Source of the DNA: Streptosporangiales bacterium
GTDB lineage: Bacteria > Actinomycetota > Actinomycetes > Streptosporangiales > WHST01
Direction: 5' to 3'
NCBI GenBank assembly: GCA_050698355.1
Contig: JBOHBN010000209.1
Location: forward strand, 663-64,662
DNA length: 64,000 bases
Part shown: piece after piece, positions 24,762 to 33,488 of the stretch
Layout: every line of letters begins with the position of its first letter
Numbering within the stretch: position 1 is the stretch's first letter
Made by a program: the position numbers and the translations under genes
Notes under the pieces: generated by a model
Told to the model about the DNA's origin: nothing
The model's database searches: none
What the model saw: only the letters and a program-made list of their open reading frames with translations

Positions 24762-25733
24762 GTGGCCAACCCTCCAGAACTCGTCGTGCTGTGCGATGAC
24801 TCCCGCCCGTCCGGCATGGAGGAGGTCGAGCGGCTCGCGCGTGTCCGGTACGTACAGCCCGCCGAGCTGCCCGACGCGATCGGTGACGCCGACGCGCTGT
24901 TCATGTGGGCGTTCCAGTCGACCGCGCTGGCCGATGCGTGGCCGCGCGCCCACCGGCTGCAGTGGGTGCACACGGCGAGCGCCGGCGTCGACCGGGTCCT
25001 GATCCCGGAGGTCGCGAAGAGCGACGTGGTGGTAACCAACTCCCGTGGCGTGTTCGACGACGCGATCGCCGAGTACGTGCTCGGCCTCGTCCTGCTGTTC
25101 GCCAAGGGCATGCACGACACGCTCGCCCGGCAACGCACCCGTACCTGGGAGCACCGGGATACCGAGATGGTGGCCGGCCGGTCGGCCCTCGTCGTCGGTG
25201 TCGGGCCGATCGGCCGGGCGGTGGGGCGGCTGCTGGCCGCCGCCGGCATGCACGTGAGCGGGGTCGGGCGTACGGCGCGTAGCGAAGACCCGGACTTCGG
25301 TACGGTGCTGGGGTCGGCGGACCTCGCCGACGCGTTGCCGGCGGCCGATTACGTGGTGGCCGTGGCGCCGCTCACCGAGGAGACGAGGGGGATGTTCGAT
25401 GCGGCCGCGTTCGCCCGGATGCGGTCCACCGCACGATTCATCAACGTCGGGCGCGGTCCGCTCGTGGTGGAGCGCGACCTGATCGCGGCGTTGCGCGAGG
25501 AACGGATCGCCGGCGCGGGACTCGACGTGTTCGAGGAGGAGCCCTTGTCGTACGATTCCCCGCTGTGGTCGATGTCCAACGTCGTCGTGTCCCCGCACAT
25601 GTCCGCCGATTACGTCGGTTGGCTGGATACGCTCGCCCGCGTGTTCGTCGATAACTTCCATCGCTGGCATGGTGGAGAAGAGTTGCGAAACGTCGTCGAC
25701 AAGTGGCTCGGTTACGTGCCGTCAGCCCCATAG
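24762..25733 (+). CDS. D-isomer-specific 2-hydroxyacid dehydrogenase family protein
   Basis: NAD-binding motif VVGVGPIGRAVGRLLAAAGMHV, plus INVGRGPLV and AGLDVFEEEPL. The start was set at in-frame GTG 24762 (MANPPELVVLCDD) and the mRNA is probably leaderless. The track ORF start at 24174 is antisense shadow. Confidence 0.8.
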   Translation: MANPPELVVLCDDSRPSGMEEVERLARVRYVQPAELPDAIGDADALFMWAFQSTALADAWPRAHRLQWVHTASAGVDRVLIPEVAKSDVVVTNSRGVFDDAIAEYVLGLVLLFAKGMHDTLARQRTRTWEHRDTEMVAGRSALVVGVGPIGRAVGRLLAAAGMHVSGVGRTARSEDPDFGTVLGSADLADALPAADYVVAVAPLTEETRGMFDAAAFARMRSTARFINVGRGPLVVERDLIAALREERIAGAGLDVFEEEPLSYDSPLWSMSNVVVSPHMSADYVGWLDTLARVFVDNFHRWHGGEELRNVVDKWLGYVPSAP

Positions 25734-25746
25734 GAGGTAGCCGAGC

Positions 25747-27153
25747 ATGGCAGACACTGAGGGTGCGCTGCGCACCGCGGCGCAGCTCGTCGCCGCGTAC
25801 AAGCAGGGCGACCTCTCCCCGGTCGAGGCCACCCAGGCGACCCTAGACCGCATCGACCAGCTGAACGACACGGTCAACGCGTACTGCCTCGTCGACCGCG
25901 ACGCCGCCCTCGCCTCCGCGCGCGCGTCCGAGGCGCGCTGGCGACGCGGCGAGCCGAGCGGCCCGGTGGACGGCGTCCCGACCTCGATCAAGGACATGTT
26001 CCTCACCGCGGGCTGGCCGACGCTACGCGGTTCACACACGGTGAGCGAGGACCAGAACTGGGACGAGGACGCGCCGTGCGTCGCCCGGCTTCGCGAGACC
26101 GGCGCGGTGCTCGTCGGCAAGACCACGACGCCCGAGATGGGCTGGAAGGGCGTCACGGACAGCCCGCGTACCGGGGTCACCCGCAACCCGTGGGACCTGT
26201 CGAAGACCCCCGGCGGGTCGAGTGGGGGGAGCGCGGCGTCGGTCGCCCTCGGCATGGCACCACTCAGCGTCGGCACCGACGGGGGTGGCTCGGTACGCAT
26301 ACCAGGCGCGTTCAGCGGCGTCTTCGCGCTGAAGCCGACGTACGGCCGGATCCCGATCTACCCGCCGAGCGCGTTCGGCACGCTGTCGCATGCGGGTCCC
26401 ATGACGTGGACCGTTGAGGACGCGGCGCTGCTGCTCGACGTGGTTACCGGGCCCGACGGCCGGGACTGGTCCGCGCTCCCCGAGCCCGTGGGCTCGTACA
26501 CCGGCGGGCTCGGCAGCGGCGTTCTCGGCCGGCGCGTCGCGTTCAGCCCGGCACTCGGCTACGTCGACGTCGACCCGGAGGTCGCCGCCGTGGTCGCGTC
26601 CGCGGTCGACGTCCTCTCCGGGCTCGGCGCGCAGGTGGAGGAACGCGATCCGGGCTTCACCGACCCCATCGATGCCTTCAACGTGCTCTGGTACTCCGCC
26701 ACCGCGAAGATCGTGGAGCCGCTGTCCGACGAGGATCGTGCGCGCCTGGATCCGGGGTTCGCGGAGGTCGCCGAACTGGGTGCCGGCTACTCCGCGGTGG
26801 ACTATCTCGGTGCCAACGCCGAGCGGATGAGCCTGGGCTCGATGATGGGCAGGTTCCACGAGACGTACGACCTGCTCATCACACCGACCGTCCCGATCCC
26901 GGCGTTCGACGCCGGGCAGGAGGTACCGACCGGCTGGCCGCACAAGAGGTGGACGAGCTGGACGCCGTTCAGCTACCCGTTCAACATGACCCAGCAGCCG
27001 GCAGCGACGGTTCCTTGCGGGTTCACCTCGGGTGGGCTTCCGGTCGGGTTGCAGATCGTGGGCCCGCGGCACGCGGACGGACTCGTGCTCTCGGCTGCCA
27101 AGGCCTTCGAGGACGCCCGGCCCTGGACGGATCACCGGCCGCAGCCCGCGTAG
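25747..27153 (+). CDS. Amidase-signature (AS) family amidase
   Basis: 468 aa with GVPTSIKD, GGSSGGSAASVA and GTDGGGSVRIPGAFSGVFALKPTYGRIP (the Ser-cisSer-Lys signature region). Confidence 0.9.
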   Translation: MADTEGALRTAAQLVAAYKQGDLSPVEATQATLDRIDQLNDTVNAYCLVDRDAALASARASEARWRRGEPSGPVDGVPTSIKDMFLTAGWPTLRGSHTVSEDQNWDEDAPCVARLRETGAVLVGKTTTPEMGWKGVTDSPRTGVTRNPWDLSKTPGGSSGGSAASVALGMAPLSVGTDGGGSVRIPGAFSGVFALKPTYGRIPIYPPSAFGTLSHAGPMTWTVEDAALLLDVVTGPDGRDWSALPEPVGSYTGGLGSGVLGRRVAFSPALGYVDVDPEVAAVVASAVDVLSGLGAQVEERDPGFTDPIDAFNVLWYSATAKIVEPLSDEDRARLDPGFAEVAELGAGYSAVDYLGANAERMSLGSMMGRFHETYDLLITPTVPIPAFDAGQEVPTGWPHKRWTSWTPFSYPFNMTQQPAATVPCGFTSGGLPVGLQIVGPRHADGLVLSAAKAFEDARPWTDHRPQPA

Positions 27154-27191
27154 CTGTACGGGACTGCTGTCGTGCGAGGACGGGTGACGGG

Positions 27192-27592
27192 TTACGGGCC
27201 AGCGGACCGCATTGTGTGCTCCGCGATGGAACGCCGGAAGGCCTCGAGATCACCGAGCCTGGTGTGCAACAGCTCGACGACGCCCTCGTCGTCCACCCGT
27301 GCGTAGCCGTGCACGAGCAGGTCTCGGAACCCTGCCATGCGTTCCAGCAGGAAACGCAGCCGGGCCGCGTCCACCATCAGCGGCGGCCTGCGGCGATCTC
27401 GGCAAGCAGCTCTTTTTCGAAGCCGCGGAAGGCGATGTTGAAGTCCTCGAACTCCCGGAAGACGCGGCTCTCGAGTTCGACCCGGCCCGGCTCGTCGACC
27501 GAGTAGATCGTCTCGTGGCGCTGCACGATGCGACCGCGCAGCGGCAACGGTGCGTCGTTGAGGACGACCATGCTAGTACCGACGCGTCGCAC
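27192..27592 (-). pseudogene. HepT/DUF86-type toxin apparently split into 71-aa and 61-aa ORFs by a frame change. No MntA-like partner is visible.
   Basis: The 61-aa ORF carries the RX4HXY motif (FRDLLVHGY). The upstream 71-aa ORF ends ..FRGFEKELLAEIAAGRR, which continues the HepT-like helix across a 1-nt TGATG junction. The combined length of about 132 aa equals a typical HepT. Confidence 0.45.
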
Positions 27593-27694
27593 AGATGACT
27601 TACCACGACGTACAGGGATCTACCAGGAGCTGTGGACCGAGGTAAGTCCCGGTTGATCACGGTACCGTGACCAACCGGGACGGGTTGTGTTCCT

Positions 27695-29008
27695 CTACCA
27701 GTTGTGCTCGTCGCTCACGTTCGGCGGCAGCGGGACGTTCGCCGGGTGGATGACGTACGCGATGCCGCCGGAGTGCGGCACCCACGCGTTCTCGACCTGG
27801 TCGCGCCTGTAGACGCGGGTGACGCTCGCGTCGTGCGCGGTCGCCGGGTCGTTGATGATGACGTCGCCGTCGGCGGTGAACCCGGTGATGACGAACAGGT
27901 GCCCGTTGGTGGAGTACCCGGCGCCGTCCATGTCCTCCGCGTCGAACGACACCGAGATCACCAGCGGGATGCCCGCCTTGATGAACTGCTCGGCCTCGGC
28001 CAGTGACCGCAACCGCGTGACGAACGACTCCATGTGCGGGAACTCCGCGGCGTACGCGGCGTTGAACGGCCAGTTGCCCGCACCGTCGTAGTTGTAGTCG
28101 AAGGTGTACCGGGCGGCGTAGTCGACCTGCGGGTCGACGTGCGGCTTCGGCTCCACCCACCGCAGCTTGGCCTGCGGCACCCGACGGTTCCAGGAGTACA
28201 CGTCCATCGTGGTGGAGGTCGGTGAGCACCAGGCCTCGCCGCCGTTGTCGTACTGCGGGTAGTGGCCGACGTGCTCGTCCTGGGAGAACTCCGGCACGTC
28301 GAGCGCGACCCGCTTGCCCAACGTGAATTTGCTCGTCGGTACGGTCTCGGTGCCCGGCAGCCGGGACGCCATCAGGCCGATCTTGGACAGCCGCGGCGTC
28401 GCGTTCGTGCCCTTCGGGCGCAGCAGCGTCACCTTGAGCTGGTACGCGTCGATGCTCGTGCCGTCGCTCGCCTTGTAGGTGTCGATCGCGATGTAGCCGT
28501 CGTCATCGCCCTGGCTGGGTACGGACGTGCGGTGGATGTCCCCGTGCGCGTAGTCGTCGCCGGACGCCCAGCGCCCCATGATGTACCACTTCGTCCAGCC
28601 CGGGTGGTTCGCGCGGCGGCCACGCATCTGGATCTGCACCCAGGTGCCGGTGGGCGTCCGCGCGTTCCAGGAGGCCACCGCCTCGGTCGCGCCGAAGCCG
28701 AGCTGATGCACCGGCGAGGTCCAGGTGCCGGAGTCGTACGTGCGCGCGCCGGCGTCGCCGAACGGGTCGGTGTAGGAGAACGGTTCGGCGTGCTTGCCGA
28801 GCCGCAGGCGGTTGCCGAGCACGCGGGTGCCGTCGGTCTCACCGTGCTGCAGGCCGCGCGTCCCCTTCCACTGGTGGTAGGAGACGTGCCTGTCCGGCAC
28901 GCTCTGCTGGCTGGGGGCGGCCGCGGCCGCCCCGGGAAGGACGAGCGCGGTGGTCGCCGCGGCAGCCGTGGCTGCCAGCAGCAGTTTGGTATGAAGCCTT
29001 CGTGCCAT
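27695..29008 (-). CDS. Secreted papain-like cysteine peptidase (peptidase C39-like domain) with an N-terminal beta-rich domain
   Basis: Signal peptide MARRLHTKLLLAATAAAATTALVLPGAAAAAP. Candidate catalytic residues are GEAWCSPTS (Cys), STNGHLFVITG (His) and IINDPA (Asp). Confidence 0.6.
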   Translation of the reverse strand: MARRLHTKLLLAATAAAATTALVLPGAAAAAPSQQSVPDRHVSYHQWKGTRGLQHGETDGTRVLGNRLRLGKHAEPFSYTDPFGDAGARTYDSGTWTSPVHQLGFGATEAVASWNARTPTGTWVQIQMRGRRANHPGWTKWYIMGRWASGDDYAHGDIHRTSVPSQGDDDGYIAIDTYKASDGTSIDAYQLKVTLLRPKGTNATPRLSKIGLMASRLPGTETVPTSKFTLGKRVALDVPEFSQDEHVGHYPQYDNGGEAWCSPTSTTMDVYSWNRRVPQAKLRWVEPKPHVDPQVDYAARYTFDYNYDGAGNWPFNAAYAAEFPHMESFVTRLRSLAEAEQFIKAGIPLVISVSFDAEDMDGAGYSTNGHLFVITGFTADGDVIINDPATAHDASVTRVYRRDQVENAWVPHSGGIAYVIHPANVPLPPNVSDEHNW

Positions 29009-29115
29009 CTCGGGCCTCCCGAGAGCAAGCCGGGGTCGGACAGTGGCTCAGCGTAGACCCTCGGCCACGCCTGTCGCACCTATCTGACCCGATTACGGCG
29101 GAGCGTGAAGGTTTC

Positions 29116-29601
29116 CTACGCGTCCGCGCGCTCCCCCTTGCCGCCATCGAGCATCTCGCGGGTCGCCTCGCGCAACGCCGTGGTGCTGAGTCGCAGGTAC
29201 CGGACGACCACCTCGACGTCGGCGTCGCTGAACTCGGGCGCCAGCGCCAGTAGCCGCTGCCGTACCGGTTCGAACACGGCCTCCGCGTGCCGCGTGCGTT
29301 CCGGATCGATCTTCACGATGACGCGCCGCCGGTCGCCTGGGTCGCTGGCGCGGTGCACGTAGCCGGCAGCTTCCAGGCGGTCGATCATCCGGGTGGTCGC
29401 GCCCGTGCTGATCCGCGTGCGGGCGGCGAGCTCGCCGGCGGTAAGCGGGCCAGTCGCGATCAGGATGTTGAGCCCGTCGACGTCGGTGAGGTTGAGTCCG
29501 AGCAGCTCTGCGCCGACCTGGCTGTTGAGCGAGACGGCCGCGATGAACTCGCGATACAGCGGCTCGACGTCGGCGTGAGGAATCTCGCGGTCCGTTGACA
29601 T
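29116..29601 (-). CDS. MarR-family transcriptional regulator
   Basis: 161 aa with LTAGELAARTRISTGATTRMIDRLEAAGYVHRASDPGDRRRVIV. It is divergent from an efflux pump gene. Confidence 0.9.
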   Translation of the reverse strand: MSTDREIPHADVEPLYREFIAAVSLNSQVGAELLGLNLTDVDGLNILIATGPLTAGELAARTRISTGATTRMIDRLEAAGYVHRASDPGDRRRVIVKIDPERTRHAEAVFEPVRQRLLALAPEFSDADVEVVVRYLRLSTTALREATREMLDGGKGERADA

Positions 29602-29686
29602 CCTGTCCTTTCACTGCACAGTATCTGCGCAGTGCAGATAATTCCTGTGCGCAATGGTACCGGTACGAGCAGCGAGGAAGGACCAC

Positions 29687-31369
29687 GTGGCCTCACCCGT
29701 GGCAGGTCCGCCGAGTCCGCAAGCAACGCAGGACGCCGATCCGCGGCGGTGGTGGGCGCTGGCCGTGATGCTGCTTGCGGCCCTGATGGACCTGCTCGAC
29801 ACGACGATCGTAAATGTCGCGATCCCCTCCATCCAGCGTGAGCTGGAGACGACGTACGCGACGGTCCAGTGGCTGGTGGTTGGTTACGTGCTGGCCTTCG
29901 CCCTGCTGCTGGTGACCGGTGGGCGGCTCGGTGACGTGTTCGGGCGCAAGCGGGTGTTCCTCGCCGGCGTGGGTTGCTTCACCCTCGCCTCGCTCGGCTG
30001 CGGGCTCGCGCCGTCCTCGGGCATGCTCGTCGGCGGCAGGATCGTGCAGGGCGCGGCCGCCGCGGTCATGGTGCCACAGGTTCTCGCCATGGTGCAGGCG
30101 AGCTTCCCACCGGCCGAGCGCAGGCGGGCCATCGGCATGTACGCAGGCGTGGGCGGGCTCGCTACGGTGCTCGGCCCGCTCGTCGGTGGCCTCTTGATCC
30201 GCGCCGACCTGTTCGGGTGGGGCTGGCGGCCGATCTTCCTGGTGAACGTGCCGGTCGGCGTGGTCACCCTCGTACTCGCCAGCGCGCTCGTGCGCGAGTC
30301 GCGCTCACCCGATCCGCTCCGCCTCGATCCCGGCGGCGTGCTGGTCCTGACGGCGGGCCTGTTCGCGCTCGTCTACCCGCTGGTGCAGGGGCGAGAACAG
30401 GGCTGGCCGTGGTGGTCGTACGCGATGCTCGGCGCGTGCGTGCCGGTGCTCGCCGGGTTCGCCTGGTACGAGCGGTGGAAGACCAGGCGCGACAACTCCC
30501 CGCTGGTGCGGCTCGGGCTGTTCGGCAACCGCGGGTTCGCCGCCGGGCTGCCCGTGGTGCTCGTCTACTTCGCCGGCGTGGGAGCGTTCTTCCTCGTCTT
30601 CGTCCTGTACCTGCAGGTGGGCCTCGGCTTCAGCGCGTTGCACGCGGGGGTCACGACGATCCCGTTCTCGGTCGGCACGGCCTGCGCCGCGGCGCTGGCG
30701 ACCAGGCTGTCCGGCGCCCACTCCCGCCGCGCCCTGGTGTCCGGAGCGCTGCTCAGCGCCGCCGGCATGATGGCTGTCTGGGGCACGGTGCGGTGGCTCG
30801 GCGACGACATCACGTCCTGGTGGCTCGTGCCAGGGCTGCTGGTCGCCGGCCTGGGTATGGGGTTCGCGCTCGTACCGGTCGCGGACGTGGTGCTCGGCGA
30901 TGTGTCCCGCGGCGACGAGGGTACGGCGTCCGGAGTGTTGTCGACGATGCAGCAGGTTGGCAACGCGATCGGCGTGGCGGTCGTCGGTGTGATCTTCTTC
31001 GGTGCGCTGTCCAACGGCGCGGCGAACGCGGTCGACGACAGCGTCCCGGCATTGCGCGCGGATCTCTCCGCGGCGCACGTACCGTCGCCCGCCGCCGACA
31101 GGATCGTCGCGACGTACCGCCACTGCGGTCGCGTGTCCGCCCGGTCCAACGACCCCGCCGAGGTCCCGGCACGGTGCAAGCATGCCGGCGACGGCAACGG
31201 GCGCGTCGCGGCCGCGATCTCCGATGCCAGCGCGAGCGCCCGCGCGGACCTGTTCGACACCGCGTTCCGCGAGGCGCTGTGGTGGGTTGCGGCGGCGTTC
31301 GCGGCCACACTCTTGCCCATGCCGCTCCTCCCGCGGACCGTACGTAGGAGCGACGCACCGCTCGTCTGA
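29687..31369 (+). CDS. MFS efflux transporter, DHA2 (EmrB/QacA, 14-TM) family
   Basis: LLAALMDLLDTTIVNVAIPSIQ, GGRLGDVFGRKRVF and VQGAAAAVMVPQ. GTG 29687 after GAGGAAGGA is preferred over the track ATG at 29654. Confidence 0.85.
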   Translation: MASPVAGPPSPQATQDADPRRWWALAVMLLAALMDLLDTTIVNVAIPSIQRELETTYATVQWLVVGYVLAFALLLVTGGRLGDVFGRKRVFLAGVGCFTLASLGCGLAPSSGMLVGGRIVQGAAAAVMVPQVLAMVQASFPPAERRRAIGMYAGVGGLATVLGPLVGGLLIRADLFGWGWRPIFLVNVPVGVVTLVLASALVRESRSPDPLRLDPGGVLVLTAGLFALVYPLVQGREQGWPWWSYAMLGACVPVLAGFAWYERWKTRRDNSPLVRLGLFGNRGFAAGLPVVLVYFAGVGAFFLVFVLYLQVGLGFSALHAGVTTIPFSVGTACAAALATRLSGAHSRRALVSGALLSAAGMMAVWGTVRWLGDDITSWWLVPGLLVAGLGMGFALVPVADVVLGDVSRGDEGTASGVLSTMQQVGNAIGVAVVGVIFFGALSNGAANAVDDSVPALRADLSAAHVPSPAADRIVATYRHCGRVSARSNDPAEVPARCKHAGDGNGRVAAAISDASASARADLFDTAFREALWWVAAAFAATLLPMPLLPRTVRRSDAPLV

Positions 31370-31512
31370 CCGGCAACGTGTCGGCTCGACCCCGGTTGGT
31401 TACCGCGCGGTAGCTGACCGGGCCCGCGGGAAGGCGCGCGGAAACCGACCGGGGTCCAGGCAGCCAGCTGAGATACTGACACTTCGGGTAGGGCAAAGGC
31501 TCGGGAGCGACC

Positions 31513-31758
31513 ATGGACGACACGACGATTCTCGGGCAGGTACGCGGCCTGGTCGCCGAGGAGCGCGGGCTGCGCGACCAGATGCGGCGCGGCCAGATCG
31601 ACGGCGCGGCGGAGCGGGAGCGGCTGCAGCACCTGGAGGAGCAGCTCGACCAGTGCTGGGACCTGCTGCGCCGCAGACGCGCGGCGGTCGACGCTGGGCA
31701 GGACCCCGACGCCGCGACCGTACGCAACGTCGGCGAGGTCGAGGGCTACCTGCAATAG
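31513..31758 (+). CDS. DUF2630-like small helical protein
   Basis: 81 aa MDDTTILGQVRGLVAEERGLRDQ...LEEQLDQCWDLLRRRRA. The family call is from memory. Confidence 0.55.
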   Translation: MDDTTILGQVRGLVAEERGLRDQMRRGQIDGAAERERLQHLEEQLDQCWDLLRRRRAAVDAGQDPDAATVRNVGEVEGYLQ

Positions 31759-31761
31759 CGC

Positions 31762-31813
31762 CACGTTGTCAGTGTCTGGTCGAGCTATGGCTCGACCAGA
31801 CACTGACAACGTG
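31762..31813. terminator. Perfect 24-bp-stem, 4-nt-loop hairpin between convergent genes (ACTGACA repeat family)
   Basis: CACGTTGTCAGTGTCTGGTCGAGC-TATG-GCTCGACCAGACACTGACAACGTG. Confidence 0.7.
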
Positions 31814-31824
31814 CGGCGCCCCGG

Positions 31825-32748
31825 CTAACTCGCGAGGCCGTTCTGGTCGAGGAACTGCTTGGCGACTACCGCGGGCGCGGTCTTGTCGACCGTGATCTGC
31901 TTGTTCATCTTCTTCAGCTTGCCGGTGGTGAGCTTGGCAGATATGGCGTTCAGCGTGCTCCGCACCTTGGGGGTTGTCACCTTCTTGGAGATCCACGGCA
32001 CGACGTTCTGGGCCAGGAACAGGTGCTTGGGGTCCTGCAGTGCGACGAAGTTGTTCTGTGCGATCGCGCTCTGCGTGGTGAAAAGGTCGGCGGCGTCCAC
32101 CGAGCCGTCCTTCAGTGACTTCACGGTGATCGGGCCGGCGGTGTCGAGCGCCTTGAACTGCTTCCAGTCGAGGCCGTACACCCGCTTCTGGCCCTTCGGG
32201 CCGTCGGGACGCTTCGGCCACTCGGGCGGACCGCCGAGGACCATCTTCGGCGCGTACGGCTTGAGGTCGCCGATCGCCTTCAGGTTGTACTTGTTCGCGG
32301 TTTCCTGGGTGACGGCGATGGCATCCTTGTCCTCGGCGCTCGACATCTTGAGTACCGTCTGCCCCTTGGGCATCGACTTCTTCAGCTTTGCGTACACCTG
32401 TTCGGGGCTGAGGCTCCGACCGCTCTTGCTCTTGCTCAGGTAGAGCCACAGGTTTCCGGTGTATTCCGGGATCAGGTTGATCGAGCCGTCCTGCATTGCG
32501 TGCGCGTACGCCTCACGGGCGCCGATGTTGAACTTTCGCTTCACCTGCAGCCCCTTGCCCTCGAGCGCCTGTGCGTAGATCTCGGCGATCAGGGCGTCCT
32601 CAGGGAAGTTGGCCGAGCCCACGATCATCTTCTTGCTTGAGCCGCCGCCGTTACCGCCGCCACCGGACAGCGGGTTGCCACCGCCACCGCAGCCGGCCAG
32701 CGTCAGCGCAAGCACCGCCGCGGCGAGGACCGCAAACAGACGTCGCAT
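31825..32748 (-). CDS. Glycine betaine/choline-type ABC transporter substrate-binding lipoprotein (OpuAC/OpuCC family)
   Basis: Lipobox LTLAGCGGG. Also IVGSANFPEDALIAEIYAQAL..IPEYTGN. Confidence 0.8.
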   Translation of the reverse strand: MRRLFAVLAAAVLALTLAGCGGGGNPLSGGGGNGGGSSKKMIVGSANFPEDALIAEIYAQALEGKGLQVKRKFNIGAREAYAHAMQDGSINLIPEYTGNLWLYLSKSKSGRSLSPEQVYAKLKKSMPKGQTVLKMSSAEDKDAIAVTQETANKYNLKAIGDLKPYAPKMVLGGPPEWPKRPDGPKGQKRVYGLDWKQFKALDTAGPITVKSLKDGSVDAADLFTTQSAIAQNNFVALQDPKHLFLAQNVVPWISKKVTTPKVRSTLNAISAKLTTGKLKKMNKQITVDKTAPAVVAKQFLDQNGLAS

Positions 32749-32765
32749 TCATTGCTCCTTCTCGG

Positions 32766-33488
32766 TCACGCTGCGGCAGTCGCCTGCCGCGCGGTTGTCA
32801 ACGTGTTGCGGCGTGCCGCGAGCCCACCTGGGGCCGTGACATACCTGAGCCCGACGATCGAGACGTCGAGCAGGATCGCTAGGACCGCGACGAGCACGGC
32901 GCCGCCAAGCATCTGCGCGTAGTCGTGCTGGGCGAGCCCGTCGATAAGGAACCGGCCGAGCCCGCCGAGTCCGACGTACGCGGCGACGGTCGCGGTGGAG
33001 ACGACCTGGAGGGTCGCGCTCCGCAGCCCACCGAAGATGACCGGTAGCGCGGCCGGCAGCTCGGCGGAGAACAGCACCTGCCGCTCGGTCATGCCCATGC
33101 CGCGTGCGGCGTCGACGATGTCCGGCTCGACACTACGGATCCCGGCGTACGTCGCGGTGAGGATCGGCGGGATTGCGAGTACGACAAGCGCGATGAGCAC
33201 TGGTAGCAGGCCGATCGACAGCAGTAGCACGAGAAGCACCAGCAACCCGAGCGTGGGCAGCGCCCGGGCCGCGTTACCGATGTTGATGGCGAGGAACGCG
33301 GCCCTGCCGGTGTGCCCGATGTATAGGCCGACGGGAAAAGCGATCGCCCACGCGACGAGCAGGCTGAGGAACGTGTACCAGAGGTGCTGGACGACTCGGT
33401 GCGGGATACCGTCAGGTCCCGCCCAGTGGGTGGGATCGGAGAAGAACGCGGTGAGGAAGTGCATCACCGGCTCGCCAGTCTCGTCCAT
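32766..33488 (-). CDS. ABC transporter permease (osmoprotectant OpuCB/CD type)
   Basis: BPD-type permease with TATYAGIRSVEPDIVDAARGMGMTERQVLFSAELPAALP. An alternative start at 33464 would overlap the upstream stop by 1 nt. Confidence 0.8.
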   Translation of the reverse strand: MDETGEPVMHFLTAFFSDPTHWAGPDGIPHRVVQHLWYTFLSLLVAWAIAFPVGLYIGHTGRAAFLAINIGNAARALPTLGLLVLLVLLLSIGLLPVLIALVVLAIPPILTATYAGIRSVEPDIVDAARGMGMTERQVLFSAELPAALPVIFGGLRSATLQVVSTATVAAYVGLGGLGRFLIDGLAQHDYAQMLGGAVLVAVLAILLDVSIVGLRYVTAPGGLAARRNTLTTARQATAAA

